Assembly (NCBI GenBank): GCA_030390025.1
Contig: CM059432.1
Coordinates: forward strand, 54,004,001 to 54,068,000
DNA: 64,000 nucleotides
Origin: Squalus acanthias
Lineage: Eukaryota
Direction: 5' to 3'
Shown one piece after another: positions 23,602-36,516 of the stretch. Numbering within the stretch: position 1 is the first letter of the stretch; the number at the start of each line of letters is the position of its first letter. A program made the translations under genes and the position numbers. The notes beneath the pieces were generated by a model. It had not been told where the DNA came from and ran no database searches. It was given only the letters and a program-made list of their open reading frames with translations.

Positions 23602-25449
23602 ATGGAGACAAGACAGACGGTAGTGCCAAGATTCACAGATGCCTCCCTGGAAGTGCTGGTGCAGGCAGTAAGAGCACGCAGGGAGGTCCTCTTCCCTGGG
23701 CATGGACGAAAATGACCACCCAAAGAGACAAAAGGGGCATGACAGAGATAACAGAGAAGGTCAGTAGCAGGGATGTGGTGAGGAGGACGTGGATCCAGTG
23801 CTGCAAGAGATTCAATGATCTTATGAGGTCAGGAAAGGTGAGTGCAATGCCACACTATGTCCTGATGTGCCTGTCACCCCAACTCCCTCACTCTGCCTTC
23901 CTAAGCCTACTCCTGCACATCATTCCTCACACCAACCCACCTTGCAGGTGCACCCATCCCTCTCTGTCTATGCACCTACTCACATCCCCATCTGACTACC
24001 AGTGGCACTCACCCTCATCCTAATGCAATCATAGCAAGTAGCACCACAGAAGGAGGCCACTTGGCAATGTCACACCACTCCCTCATAGTCACCCTCTACA
24101 GATGTAGCCCATCCATTCCTTACACTCATTCCATCATTCTCACTCAAAGTTCTCTTCTTTCCGTCCTTGCAGGAGAAGAGAGTGGACAACAACAGGGAGA
24201 GGCAAAGAACCGGAGGTGGTCCTCCAGTCTTCAATAATTTGACTCCAGCAGAGGAGGAGGCCCTCGAAATCTCTGGAGTTGCAGAGCTGCTGGCGGTGGG
24301 AGACGGAGAGAGGGGGACCTCCCAGCATCCTGGTTACAGAATTAAATCTCATACAGCCACATGGCACACAACAGTCACTCATATGATGACTGATGTCAGC
24401 AGCCAGTGAAATGCTTTCATGTGCATAATGGTAACGTTACCAATTCTTATCATAACACTTCTAATTCATCTCTTTACTCTCCCACAGGTCCATCAAGTGC
24501 CCCCCGCCCCCCCCACCCTCCGTCCAGCCGGAAGAGGAAGACGACTCCTCAGAGGAAGCTCCAGTCTCAGAGGGTGCACCGTCAGCAGATCCATGCGCAG
24601 CCAGCACCAGCACAGATATGCACACCTTGGTGGGTCCTGTGTGAGATAGAATAGTGTTGTCACCTGGTGTCTCTCACATCACAAGTGAGCAAGAGCAGAT
24701 GGTGGAGACAGGGACAGCAGTGGAGACTCCTCGCCGGAGGGTGTAGGATGCTCCAAGCTCTGCTGAGCTGCATGCAAACGCCGAACCTTGGGGGCCATTG
24801 AGAAAGAGGGTGATCTTGGAGGGGCAGCAACAATTGCATGAGACTTTGGCACCTGTGATGTGTGCAAATGGAGGAGTCCATCTCCAACATGAGCACCACC
24901 ATCTCGTTGTCGATGGCGACGATGTGCTGTTCCATGGAAAGTATGGCCACCTGCATGGAGCAGTAAATGCACCAGTCCAACGAGAACATGCCTGCAGTGA
25001 ACAACAGATTGCAGACGCTCATTGACCTCATCTCAAGGAGGGATATTAACGTAAACTTGGGCATTCATCGCCCCACTGCTGTGCAGCAAGGTGCTCTCCA
25101 GCTCCTTGCTAGCAGGGAAGTGCGGGTGGCCCATGAGAGGGATGATGGTGAGAGGGGACATGGAAGTGGGGGCTCTTCTCAAAGTGCTCCCACTTCTCCC
25201 CCGTTGCCTCCCCCTCAGTCAAAGCCCCATATGCTGCCTCAGATCGCAATGGCCGAGTCTGCCCCTGCACAGTCACAGGAGGAGCAGTCTTTGGTGGGAC
25301 CCTCACAGGCTCCAAAACCCAGAGGATGTCAGCCAAAAGTGTCTGATGAGTCGCAGCAGGGAAGTGAGCAGCGTGCCTCTACCTCTGCTGAAGCCATAGG
25401 GGTTGCACCTCGTAGAAGCATGTGGAAAGGAAAAAGGACACAATCCTAG
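23602..25449 (+). pseudogene. Harbinger Myb/SANT gene, frameshifted; exons ~23602-23837, 24173-24333, 24488-25449
   Basis: PRFTDASLEVLV...RTWIQCCKRFNDL, EKRVDNNRERQRTGGGPP; same 3-exon layout as the intact copy. Confidence 0.85.
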
Positions 25450-25744
25450 ATGCACAAGGGAATGCACATGGGTGTATGAAAAAATATTAATTTTAAGTTT
25501 CAGTTCTATTTATGATACACATGAAATTTTTTCTTTGCACAACTTTCTGTCTTGTCCAGTTTAGCCTGCTACCTGGGAAGTGGCTTTGTCACTTGGAGTG
25601 AATGGTGAGGCATTAATTAACCCTGAGGTATGAGGGTTTGGGTGAGAGGAATGGCTTGGTCATTGTAGGACTGCTTTGTGGTGTTGTTGGGGGTGGTGGG
25701 AAGTTAGTCCAGCATCTGGGAGCCATATGAGTGTACTGGAGCAA

Positions 25745-26950
25745 GTTAAGTAAATCTGGCCTTTGTAAGGCCATCCCGGGCCTCCCAGGCAGCAAGTGCG
25801 CCGCTGCTGGTGCCATCTCCACGTCAGGTTCGTCCTCCTCCTCCTCTTCATCTTCCACCTGTTCCTCCTCCTCCTCCTCCTCCAAGAGGCTGTGTGCTCT
25901 GCGCCTTGCTCCTCATGCAGCTCCAATCCTCGCTGCTGTGCTATGTTGTGCAGTGCGCAGCATACGCCAATAATTCTAGAAACTCTGGCTTGTGCGTACT
26001 GAAAGACTCCTCCAGATCTGTCAAAGCATCTGAAGCGCATCTTCATCATGCCGATTGCTTGCTCTATGAAACATCTGGTGGACATGTGGCTGTCATTATA
26101 ACGCTTCTTGGCCTCATTACTTGGCCTCCTCAAGGGTGTCATCAACCACGTCTTCAGTGGATAGCCCTTGTCTCCAAGCAGCCTGTTTGGGGGTGCGAAG
26201 AGCTGAGGGAGGGTGCGCTGGGGCAGCATGAAAGAGTCATGACAGCTGCCAGGGAATCTGGTGCACACATGCATGATCATCTTTTTATGGTTGCAGATGA
26301 GCTGCATATTGAGGGAGTGGATGTCCTTACGGTCCAGAAACACTCCTGGGTGATGTGGGGGTGCCTTGATAGCCACATGTGTGCAGTCGATGACACCCTG
26401 CATCTGTGGGAAGCCAGCCAGAGCCGCAAAGCCGAGCGCCCGCTCAGTAACACTGGCTTCATCAGTGGCATAATTGGCTGACTTGTCAAACATGGCATCG
26501 GTCACCTGGGTGATGCATCTGTGGGCGGCCGACTGCAAGATCCTGTAAATGTCTGCTGCAGATCCCTGGAAGGAGCCTGAGGTGAAGAAGTTGAGGGCGG
26601 TGGTGACTTTGACAGCACTGGTAAGGCGTGTCCACCAGGTCCTCTAGGTAACAGGTCTTGTTCCAGCAAGCTACAAATGTCTGCGACGACCTGGCGCGAT
26701 AGCCTGAGCCTCCTGAAGCACTGCTGTTCAGTCATGTCCAGGAAGCTCATCCTCTGCCTGTATACCTTGTGTTGGGGGTACCGCCTCCAGCACGGAGCAG
26801 CCCTGTGCTGACCCCCTCTCTCCTGTGGAGCATCAGGTCGTTGAGGAGAAGGCTGCCATTGTGGTTGCGGCTGCTGCTGCTGGTGTGGCTGGTGATGTTG
26901 GTGCTGGGGCTCATCGTGGTCCGATTCTGAGGTCCAAGGTGAGACAGCAT
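25745..26950 (-). pseudogene. Harbinger DDE transposase pseudogene
   Basis: [19 protein letters not shown] and [15 protein letters not shown]; several small deletions and frameshifts. Confidence 0.9.
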
Positions 26951-27994
26951 GCTGATCTAATAGATGACAGGTAAAGTGGAGATCAGAGGCCCAATCCTTC
27001 AATGTTCTGATAGTGACTTGCAATGTGGTGAGAGTCGCATCCGAGGTTGTAGAAATCAGCTGCAAACTGCCGACGGCTAAATCTCTGCACAAAATGGTGT
27101 CAGCAAGAGCCTTTCCCTTAGGCAAGGAAGCAGGTGTAATGTGGGAGTATTTATGTGTTTTTCCAGCTGTCACTTAATGGCCACTGAGCTTCCGCCTCCC
27201 CTTCAGAGGGGAATTCCCGAGGTGCGTGAATCCCGTGTGCAACAAGTTAAAGCCAAAACCTGACGTTAAAAAGGCAGTTACGTGTCTCTCAACAAGCATT
27301 TTATTACTTCAATGAGGTCGCCCGCCTCTCCCGAGCGGGTCCGTGGCGCACTGTGAATCACGCCCGAGTTAAATGCGGAAGTCTGCGGGATGATGGTGGG
27401 TTCCCGACGCGCTGGCAACTTCTGCGATTTTTACTGCTGACCTGCAGCCAAACCCGCACGCTCGGCACTGAGAAAATTCCGGCCAGAGTTTTTGGCAAAC
27501 CTATTGTCAAAATGGAGCACATTACCTTACCTCATGATGCAAAAGATGCTTGGCTTCTCTGGTTTTTCTGACTCCCCAAACAATCTTTTCATGAAATCTG
27601 TCCTATTTAGATGTAATACCTCACTGCCTGGGGGGTATTCTGACGGAGCAAGTCGGCAACCAATTGTAGAACCCGTTTAATTTTCATTCCAGATATACGC
27701 CCAGGCGCTGATAACAAAAATTTATCCCCTATTTTTTAAGCCAATGGTAAGTTAGAAATAACTGTAGTCGTAACTTTGCAGCCATCATTTTTTTTTAAAT
27801 AGCTATGGAGGATGTCACACGCTTTATAAGGGAACCTGTTGATGATGAATGAGGATCATGAAGCCCAGCAGCAAAGTGCAGGCCCAATGAAAAGAAACAA
27901 ATGTTTTTAATGTCTCACACCCAACCCCAGAAAACACAAGGCTGGAGTCCTGCTGTCTGCTGAGGACACAAGAGGCAAACTTTTGTCCCATGAC

Positions 27995-28173
27995 AGATTA
28001 TCTGGCCATTTATCTCATTGCTGTTTGTGGGACCCTGCTGTGCGCAAGTTATATTCTGCGTTTCCCTACATGACAACAGTGACTACACTTCAAAAGTACT
28101 TCATTGGCTGTGAAACACTTTGGGATGTCTTAAGGTTGCGAAAGGTGCTATATAAATGCAAGTTCTTTCTTTC
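27995..28173 (+). mobile_element. SINE 3' portion (DeuSINE-like tail)
   Basis: acagtgactacacttcaaaagtacttcattggctgtgaa...tataaatgcaag(ttct)n; second copy at ~34430-34545 inside an L2. Confidence 0.65.
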
Positions 28174-30524
28174 ACTGTTTTATATACTTTCAAAACTTTT
28201 TCCAGCCAACATACCTGGTTTTATCTTTCAGTTCAATGGTTTCCAGGTCTGCTTAGTTTCTGTATTAACACTGACTTTAAAAGTGGCCATAATTGGAAAC
28301 AGGTGGTAATTCTGCCACCAGCCTTGATTATCAAATCTCACCCACATAGGTGTCATGAGTAATGGTATTACTGCTAATATAGCTCTTAAATGAAAAATGG
28401 ATCTCCTTGGTGGATGTTTCAAGCTGTCTGTATCTCGGCTCACATTAAAGAACGAGAAAGTTCGGCTGGGACTCAATGATTTAGCTAATTCACCCCAATT
28501 ATCTTATTCTACTCTGCAGCACCAACTGATAATCACGAGCAAAAATGTTGAAGTCAAAATTGTTTTACATAGTGTTGCCCATTGTGATTGAAAAGTAAGG
28601 AAATAAATTGCGGAAAAGTCCCAGGGTTGATTATATTTAAAAAATGGATGTGTGTAGTTGTCTTTTGCATGGTTTTGTTTTTATCGAAATGATTGCTGGC
28701 GTACATGCAATTTTTTGCTGCTGTTATGTCGAGGGCAGCCACCTCTTGCCAAGTCCATAATGAAGCAGAGGGCTTGACAGATTGGATTGTGGCTTGAGTT
28801 CCGAGATTTGCTTTGCTGATGATGAAAATTCAAATAAAATCTTAACTTCAGCAGTTTATGCCTCCACCCATTGAAAACCATGCTCTCTGATCCCAAATTA
28901 GACGGGCAGTAAGCCTAGTTGTCATGGAGCCACCAGGCTCTTGTGCAAGTCGCTTGCTAGGAAGTTACAAGAGTGACGTCTTTCCTTTCACGAGTTTCAA
29001 ACCTTTTTTATCAGACCAGCTCCAAGTTGACTGGTTGCAATTCTCATTTCAGCAGTTTCAAACTACCGTAGAAAATGATAGAGGGTGGAAAAAAATGGAC
29101 TTTGGAACACACATTTTAAAACAATTTAGTTCAGAGCCTCAGTTCAGGGTCGTAAACATGTTGACTTGTACAAAAACAAAAAAAATCCATTCATAGTAGG
29201 CTGTAGCATCTGTTTCATTTTCACAAGATCTAGTGGGACTGGAGATGAAACAAATTGCAGGCTCGTGCTGCACGCACGTCACTGCACTTGCTTCCCTGTA
29301 TCAAAAAGGCACAGTTGCTCAAACAACTTCACAAATCAGCATGATTTTACTGAGAATTGCAGTGTTTTTGAAACATGTAAGGAAAGTGCAGTGCAGTGCA
29401 GCCATGCTTACCTAATGCTACCTATCCTTCTGTTTAAAGATTCACTACCTTTCCCCCTCCCCCCACTATGTGCAGACTTACAAAAAAAACACAACACTGA
29501 ATATTTAGCAACTATAAGACAGAAATAAATTGGCAGGTAATTATTAAGGCAGTTATGTACACTTAAGTTACCTAAAATTCAGTGTTAACCCTGACATTAA
29601 ATTATGCAGAAATGCCATGAATATGGGCCACAATCAGTCGGTAGAAAATATACAGGAGACTAACTTTGTTTAAATTTTATTGTCTATCCTTTCATCTGCT
29701 TGAAATCTATTTGCATTGCTGGCTTCACATAAGTTCCAACATATGACTGTGTGTTTACCATGGAAGAGCTGAGGATTGCAATTATAGTCTAATGAAATTT
29801 CCTAACACTTTTAATTTATAGCAGCTGCCAGAGAACTGAGTACACCCACGCTCAGTCGGCTCTGCAGAATTAACACCTGTTTTAGTGTGAAGAGATAACA
29901 TTCACTACAGTAACACTAAAGCAGTTAAGAAAACTGCCATTCACTGCAAATGAAAGTTAATACAAAAACATTTCAATGAAATGAAAATGGGACAGGTTCT
30001 ATAAAGGGCGGGCTATCTGCTCCACTCCATCACCACCCAGGTGGTGAAGGTGAAGATCTACCCCATTAACTTTCTTTTGGAGTGTAATGGCTGTTGTTGT
30101 GTAGGCAAATAGGACAAATATTCCCCGTCTCTGTTGCCTGTTGAGATCTTGTGTGAAATGAGCCTGGGCCAGCGCATGCAGACCTATGGTACAAAACTCT
30201 CCACTGTTCCACAAATTGACAATCTCAGTTAAATAGGTCATATAGACTGTTAGTGCAGGAAATGGAGAAATTCATACTGCTGTAGTAGGTGGTTTGATGT
30301 TGAACAAAAGGACATTGTTGAAACAGTATACGTGGAACTTTACTCTTAAGTAGCGCTTGATGCTGCTCGAAGTTGCAAATTTCCACTTAAATGGGTAATG
30401 TAGCTGTGAAAAAAACAGAAAACTGCAACGCACCAAATTCAAAACCTCTGTACTCATTTACAAATCCCTCCATAGTCTTGACCCAATCTTCCTCTAGTCC
30501 TACATCCCTGTCCACATTCTATGT

Positions 30525-30764
30525 TGCGGAGATGCCGGTGTTGGACTGGGGTGGACAAAATTGAGAGGTCGCACAACACCAGGTTATAGTCCAACAGTTT
30601 TATTTTAAATCACAAGCTTTCGGAGTTACAACTCCTTCGTCGGGTGAAGTGAGGAGATACTGTATCTCCTCACTTCACCCGACGAAGGAGTTGTAACTCC
30701 GAAAGCTTGTGATTTAAAATAAAACTGTTGGACTATAACCTGGTGTTGTGCGACCTCTCAATTT
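30525..30764. mobile_element. Penelope-like element terminal insertion forming a perfect palindrome, 16-bp TSD, inside a degraded L2 3' end
   Basis: Arms 30551-30660 and 30662-30771 are exact reverse complements around one T; TGTCCACATTCTATGT at 30509-30524 and 30765-30780. Confidence 0.85.
30675..30712 (+). ncRNA. Minimal hammerhead-like motif with variant core CCGACGA; mirror copy at 30610-30647 (-)
   Basis: UCAC CCGACGA A GGAGU UGUA ACUCC GAAA GC U U GUGA. Confidence 0.55.
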
Positions 30765-31889
30765 TGTCCACATTCTATGTACCACTGACTCTGGGCTACT
30801 TCGCATCTCCAGCCCTCAATTTTCCTCACTTAGCAACAGAGCTTTCAGCCATCTTCTTCCCACCCTTTGGAATTCCTTCCCTCAATCTTGCTACTTGCCT
30901 GCTCACTTTTAAAAACCACCTCAAAATCTTCCTTTTTGCCTGTACTTTTAGCCAACTCTCCTAAATCTTCGACTGCTTGATTTCCCTCTTTCCTATGTGA
31001 AGCGCTTTGTGGCAGTTTATTATATGAATACTACAAATATAATTTGTTTTTCTACAAGAAAAATCTGTTGCCTTCACTACTTCTAATAATGATTTCTCTG
31101 GCTGACAGTGTTGTCACTCTTCTTTCTATTGCTGGACTATGCGAGGGACAGGACTTGTAGATAGTAAGACCTGGCATGCTCTGTGAATGGGCAACCGTGC
31201 TGCCAATAATTCCAAACAAAACCCCTGATTTGTTATGTTCCCATCCCCATCTCTAAAATGTAGTGTTGTTCATTAGACTTAGAATTGGCTGCATTCTAAG
31301 GCATCAGCAGAAGAAAACAGCAACAAAGATCAATGTTGTAAGGGAAGCTCCAGGCAAGTAATTCCAACTGAGCCCAAAACTCCTGACACATGAGTAAGCC
31401 TCTGCAAGAAATCATATTCCAAGGATTTGTAATATTGTACAGACAACTCAATGAGCAAAAATAAATACTCTGAATGGTTTCATTTTTTTATGAGACAGCT
31501 GCAAATTCAAGATGGCAACTAAAACCAAGTCCACAAATTTGTTTTAAGCAATTTGATTGCTTTATTTCTGTTAATTGCCAGTTTGAGATTGATGGTTTTA
31601 AAATAAAATTGAGCAATATTCCTTCACCCTCCTGTTATATTTGGCTATTTCCTTTGTAAATATCCGACAACAAACACAGTTCAAGGCCTCCATCTTACTT
31701 ATACTTGTCTCTAATGTATCTAAAAATGCATTCCTCTCGTTTGGAACTTTAAAAAAAAAACTTCTCATGGGTGCCCTTTGTTTCTTACATTTGTCCCATT
31801 TGCCTCCTGGTAGTTTAACTTCACTCAGGTGTTCCTTTTGTGATATCCTTTCATTATTTTCCTCTCCTTGAACTCAGAAGGTCCCCTCT

Positions 31890-33848
31890 ATAGAGGATTG
31901 GTTAACGGACAGAAAACAGAGAGTAGGGATAAACGGATTTTTTTCAGGTTGGCAGGCTGTAACTAGTGGGGTGCCGCAAGGATCAGTGTTGGGGCCTCAG
32001 CTATTTACAATCTATATTAATGACCTAGATGAAGGGACCGAGTGTAATGTATCCAAGTTTGCTGATGGTACAAAGCTAGGTTGGACAGTAAGCTGTGAGG
32101 AGAACACAGGGCTGGATTTTACTTACCGAGACGAGTTGGGGGCAGGACTGCTGCCTTCCGGGTTCTAGTCCCGCCCCCAGTGATGTCTGATGCACAGACG
32201 CTATTTTCCCTTGATTGGCCTTGTTAAGCCTGCCCTGTGGGCTTGCTGGCCAATTAAGGGCAAGCCGGTGTCAGATGATGTCAGTTGATGATGCTTCATC
32301 TGCCGGTTTTCTTAAATGGCCATGAACCAGTTATTTTTGACAGATGATTTGACAGTGTTTGACAGCATTGAGGTGCTGTTAAACACTGACAATCTCTGTA
32401 CAAAGGTGAGCCCTTGCACCCAGGCTCTCCAATGACTCTCTCCTTAGGATAAAACAGATGGCAGCTGCAGGTGAGGATATAGAAGCAATCTGTCACTTCT
32501 CCCAATGAGGTGAGGCCACACAAACAGCTTGTCACCTACAGAAAAGTCTAAACACATTAAAAATGACTTTCCCAACATTCCCTTACCTCTGATACTCACC
32601 AGTGTCCCATTGCATCCTTCACACCACTTCTGCAGCTGTCATCTATACACCAACATTACAACAGACCCACAGCACACCTCACTTACCCTGGTGGGGTTCC
32701 CCAACATCGGGAAGCCCGCAGCAGAAGTCTCAAAATGGGAAAAAGCCTCTTAACTGCCTGTTAACTACCCGTTAACAGGCAGTTAAGTGGCTAGAATCCA
32801 CTTCCCACCACTAGGAGTCGGGTCCCTGCGCAAATCGGGGACCCGACTCCCGGGAAGATTGGTTGGAGGCAGGTTGGGAGCGGGTTCGGGACCCACTCCC
32901 ATTCTTTTTGATTTTCCCAGCAGTCCCGCCTCCAAACCCGCCTCCTCAGGGCTGGTAAAATCCAGCCCAAAGAGTCTGCAAAGGGATATAGATAGATGAA
33001 GCAAGTGGGCAGCAAGGTGGCAGATGGAGTATAATGTAGGGAAATGTGAGGTTATTCACTTTGGTAGGAAGAATGGAAAAACAGAATATTTTTTAAATGG
33101 TGAGAAACTTTCAAATGTTGGTGTTCAGAGAGATTTGGGTGCCCTTGTGCAAGAAACACAGAAAGCTAGCATGTAGGTACAGCAAGCAATAAGGAAGATA
33201 TGTTGGCTTTTTTTGCAAGGGGGTTGGAGTAAAAGAATAAGGAAGTCTTGCTACAATTGTACAGGGCCTTGGTGAGACCACACCTGGAGCACTGTGCACA
33301 GTTTTGGTGTCCTTATCTAAGGAAGGATATACTTGCCTTGGAGGCGGTGCAATGAAGGTTCACTAGATTGATTCCTGGGATGAGAGTGCTGCCCTATGAT
33401 GAGAGATTGTGTAGAATAGGCTTATACTCTCTGGAGTTTAGAAGAATGAGAGGTGATCTCATTGAAACATACAAGATTCTGAAGGGGATTGACAGGGTAG
33501 ATGCTGAGAGGTTGATTTCCCTGACTGGTGTGTCTAGAACTAGGGGGCATAGTCTCAGGATAAGGTGTAGGCCATTTAAGACCGAGAGGAGGAGGAATTT
33601 CTTCACTCAGAGGGTTGTGAATCTTTGGAATTTTCTGCCCCAGAGGGCTGCGAATGCTGAGTCTTTGAGTATATTCAAGGTTGAGATTAGATAGATTTTT
33701 GGACTCTAGTGGAATCAAGGGATATGGGGATTGGATGGGAAAGTGGAGTTGAGGTCGATGATCAGCCATGATCTTATTGAATGGCGGAGCAGGCTCGAGG
33801 GGCCGTATGGCCTACTCCTGCTCCTAATTCTTATGTTCTTATGTTCTA
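31890..33848 (+). mobile_element. CR1 LINE 3' portion split by a MITE
   Basis: [21 protein letters not shown] and MRGDLIETYKIL...NFFTQRVVNLWN; tail (ttcttatg)n. Confidence 0.92.
32109..32968. mobile_element. Harbinger-type MITE, 860 bp
   Basis: Perfect 14-bp TIR GGGCTGGATTTTAC; right end related to the left end of 14068-14903; flanks ACA/AAA. Confidence 0.88.
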
Positions 33849-33945
33849 GCATTTAATTATCACAGATGCTCGCCTTTCGATTTAGCTTTCCTCCATTGTT
33901 CACCTTAAGCCTTGATTTACCTGTAAGTTTGCTTTGCCTGTTCTA

Positions 33946-34968
33946 CAACAACAACTTGCATTTATATCGTGCCTTTAACGTAGTAAAACATCCCAATGCA
34001 CTTCACAGGAGCACTTATTTGACACCAAGCCACATAAGTAGATATTCGGGCAAAATGACCAAAAGCTTGGTCAAAGAGATAGGTTTTAAGGAGCGTCTTA
34101 AAGGAGGAAAAAGAGGTAGAGAGGTGGAGAGGTTTAGGGAGGGAATTTCAGAGCTTAGGGCATAGGCAACAGAAGACACGGCCACCAATGGTGGAGTGAA
34201 GAAAATCGGGAATGAGCAAGAGGAAAGAATTGGAGGAGCACAGAGAGCTCTGAGGGTTGTAGGGCAGGATGAAGTTAAAAATTAGGGAGGGGCAAGGCCA
34301 TGGAGGAATTTGAAAACAAGGTTGAGAATTTTAAAATCGAGGTGTTGCTGGTATGTAGGTTAGCGAGTACGGGACTTGGTGCGAGTTAGAATACGGGCAG
34401 CAGAGTTTTAGATAAGCTCAAGTTTACAAGTTTCCAACATTACAGCAGTAACTACACTCCAAAAGTACTTCATTGGCTGTGAAGCGCTTTGAGACGTCCG
34501 GTGGTCATGAAAGGGGCTGTATAAATGTAAGTCTTTCTTTCTTTTTTACAGAGAGTGCAAGGTGGGGGGCTGGCCAGGAGAGCATTGGAATAGTCGAGTC
34601 TAGAGGTAGCAAAGGATGAGGGTTTCAGCAGCAGATGAGCTGAGGCAGGGGTGGAGATGGGCAATGTTACAGAGGTAGACGTTGGCAGTCTTGGTGATGG
34701 AGAAGATTTAGGGTCGGAAGCTCAGGGTCAAACAGGATGCCAAGGTTGCGAACAGTCTGGTTCAGCCTCAGACAGTTGCCAGGGAGAGGGATGGAGTCTG
34801 TGGCTTGGGAACGGAGTTTGTGGCGGGGACCGAAGACAATAGCTTCAGTCTTCCCAATATTTAATTAGAGCAAATTTCTGCTCATCCAATACTGGTTGTC
34901 GGACAGGCAGCATGACAAATCATATGCAGTGGAAGGGTGGAGTGAGGCGGTGGTGAGTGTAGAGCTTG
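33946..34968 (-). mobile_element. L2 LINE 3' fragment with a nested SINE tail (~34430-34545)
   Basis: Colinear with 2859-3810; SRLDYSNALL; (TTG)n tail. Confidence 0.88.
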
Positions 34969-35661
34969 GACAGTTTTTAATCTTCTTGGACAGAGATGTC
35001 TTTGAAGTTCCACCTCCCCAGTTGAAATTGACCTGATCTAACTGAAACTCTACTTTGTTTTAACAGTAGGATCATGTGATCCTCCTGGAGTGGAGTTGCC
35101 CCATTGCACCTTATTTAATTTTTGTAAAACAATATTTACATCTCCTGACAGAGTCTTGTAACCCTTTTAATGTCATTCTGCTGGCATTGAGTTATTTCGC
35201 ATCTGTGCACTTCGATGTTTTTTCAATGCCTCTGAAAGTTTATAGGAGCCTTCTGTAGCAGTTGTCACGCTGGTCGGCCAGGAGGATGGTCTTTTGATTT
35301 CAGCCAATCAATAGGTTTTTCCTTACAGTCATTGGACACTTTGAGATGTCATCCCCCATGTGGAAGATTTATGAGGTGACGTGCTACTGAGGCCACACTT
35401 ACAGATTGAGTAGAAAAGTGAGCAAGTTCAACTGCAGTCATCTCAGATACAACCTGATGTAGTTTGTTGCACTGAATAGCTGAGAGGGTAAATCCACCGA
35501 GCCCGCACCCCCAGCAGGGAGCACACGCGATTGGAGACAGAGCAACATGCTACCAGCCCACACACCCAAACTCCCTTCAAGCACGGCTCCCTACTGGGAA
35601 TGCAGGGCAGGCGAATATTCCCTGATTTTTACAAAGCAATCAAATTTATTTCACTGACCCT

Positions 35662-35840
35662 CCCCTGATAGCTCAGTGGGTTTATCCAGTGAGTAACTAA
35701 GCCTGACAGAGTATAAAGGTTTGAGATTCAATCCCTGCCCGTGCTGCTGGCTGATCTCAGCCAGAGCAGCGATAAGGACGCTGAAGTTGGCTTCAGCATC
35801 CCTAGGTTAACAAAGTGACAATCGTCCAGGGTTCCCACCA
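35662..35840 (+). mobile_element. tRNA-derived SINE 5' part; related degraded copies at ~49960-50130 (-) and ~54885-55180 (-)
   Basis: A-box-like tagctcagtgg, B-box-like gattcaatccc, then a gctgatctcagcc...ttggcttcagcatccctagg core shared between copies. Confidence 0.6.
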
Positions 35841-35989
35841 ATGTACCGTCTAATTTTTTTTGGCGCCGTGCGACCCCTTTACTCTCACTCAACCTTCTCT
35901 TTCCCTCCTTGCAGGAAAAGAGAGCCCACAATAAGAGGGAGAGGGAGAGAACTGGCGGTGGAACCCCATCAATGGCTATCCTCACAACA

Positions 35990-36516
35990 TTGAGAGGTCG
36001 CACAACACCAGGTTATAGTCCAACAGTTTTATTTGAAATCACAAGCTTTCGGAACTATCGCTCCTTCCTCAGGTGAAGTAAATTGGATACAGAATCGTCA
36101 GAGCATATATAGATGGAAAAAAAAGCATGTGTACTTTACAATTGCAGACCAATAAATTAAATCATCCTGACTATCTGCCGAGGTGTGATAAAGTTAATTA
36201 AGTCAGCCAGGAAGGTACCACATCAAAAGACATAGCAAGATACAACTGAGACAATGAGGTGAAGTCGCAGGGGTTCTAACGTGTCAAAAGCTGCCGTATG
36301 TATGTAAAACGAAAAGCTTTAAAAAAAAAAATTACTTTTTTACTGGGAAAATGGTCTGCAATTGTAAAGTACACATGCTTTTTTTTCCATCTATATATGC
36401 TCTGACGATTCTGTATCCAATTTACTTCACCTGAGGAAGGAGCGATAGTTCCGAAAGCTTGTGATTTCAAATAAAACTGTTGGACTATAACCTGGTGTTG
36501 TGCGACCTCTCAATTT
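35990..36516. mobile_element. Penelope-like insertion with 163-bp perfect inverted arms, a 200-bp spacer and a 13-bp TSD
   Basis: Arms 35989-36151 / 36352-36514; TATCCTCACAACA at 35977-35989 and 36517-36529; same family as 30525-30764. Confidence 0.88.
36427..36464 (+). ncRNA. Minimal hammerhead ribozyme motif; mirror copy at 36039-36076 (-)
   Basis: UCAC CUGAGGA A GGAGC GAUA GUUCC GAAA GC U U GUGA: canonical CUGANGA/GAAA core, 5-bp stem II, palindromic AGCU stem III. Confidence 0.7.

Larger units (their letters stand above)
23313..27484. mobile_element. Full-length but degenerate Harbinger (lineage B), ~4.17 kb
   Basis: Ends ggccagaatcttt / gaaaattccggcc with AGA on both sides; convergent Myb and transposase pseudogenes. 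Confidence 0.88.

Noticed and set aside
29166..29528. 120-aa ORF or coding exon
   Set aside because: No recognisable domain and no partner exons; kept only as part of a possible non-coding island.
30551..30771. microRNA precursor or MITE
   Set aside because: The arms derive from a Penelope-like terminus also seen at 36 kb, and the long TSD is unlike those of the DNA transposons here.
35662..35740. tRNA gene
   Set aside because: A/B-box-like motifs but no cloverleaf; it continues into a SINE body with other copies in the window.
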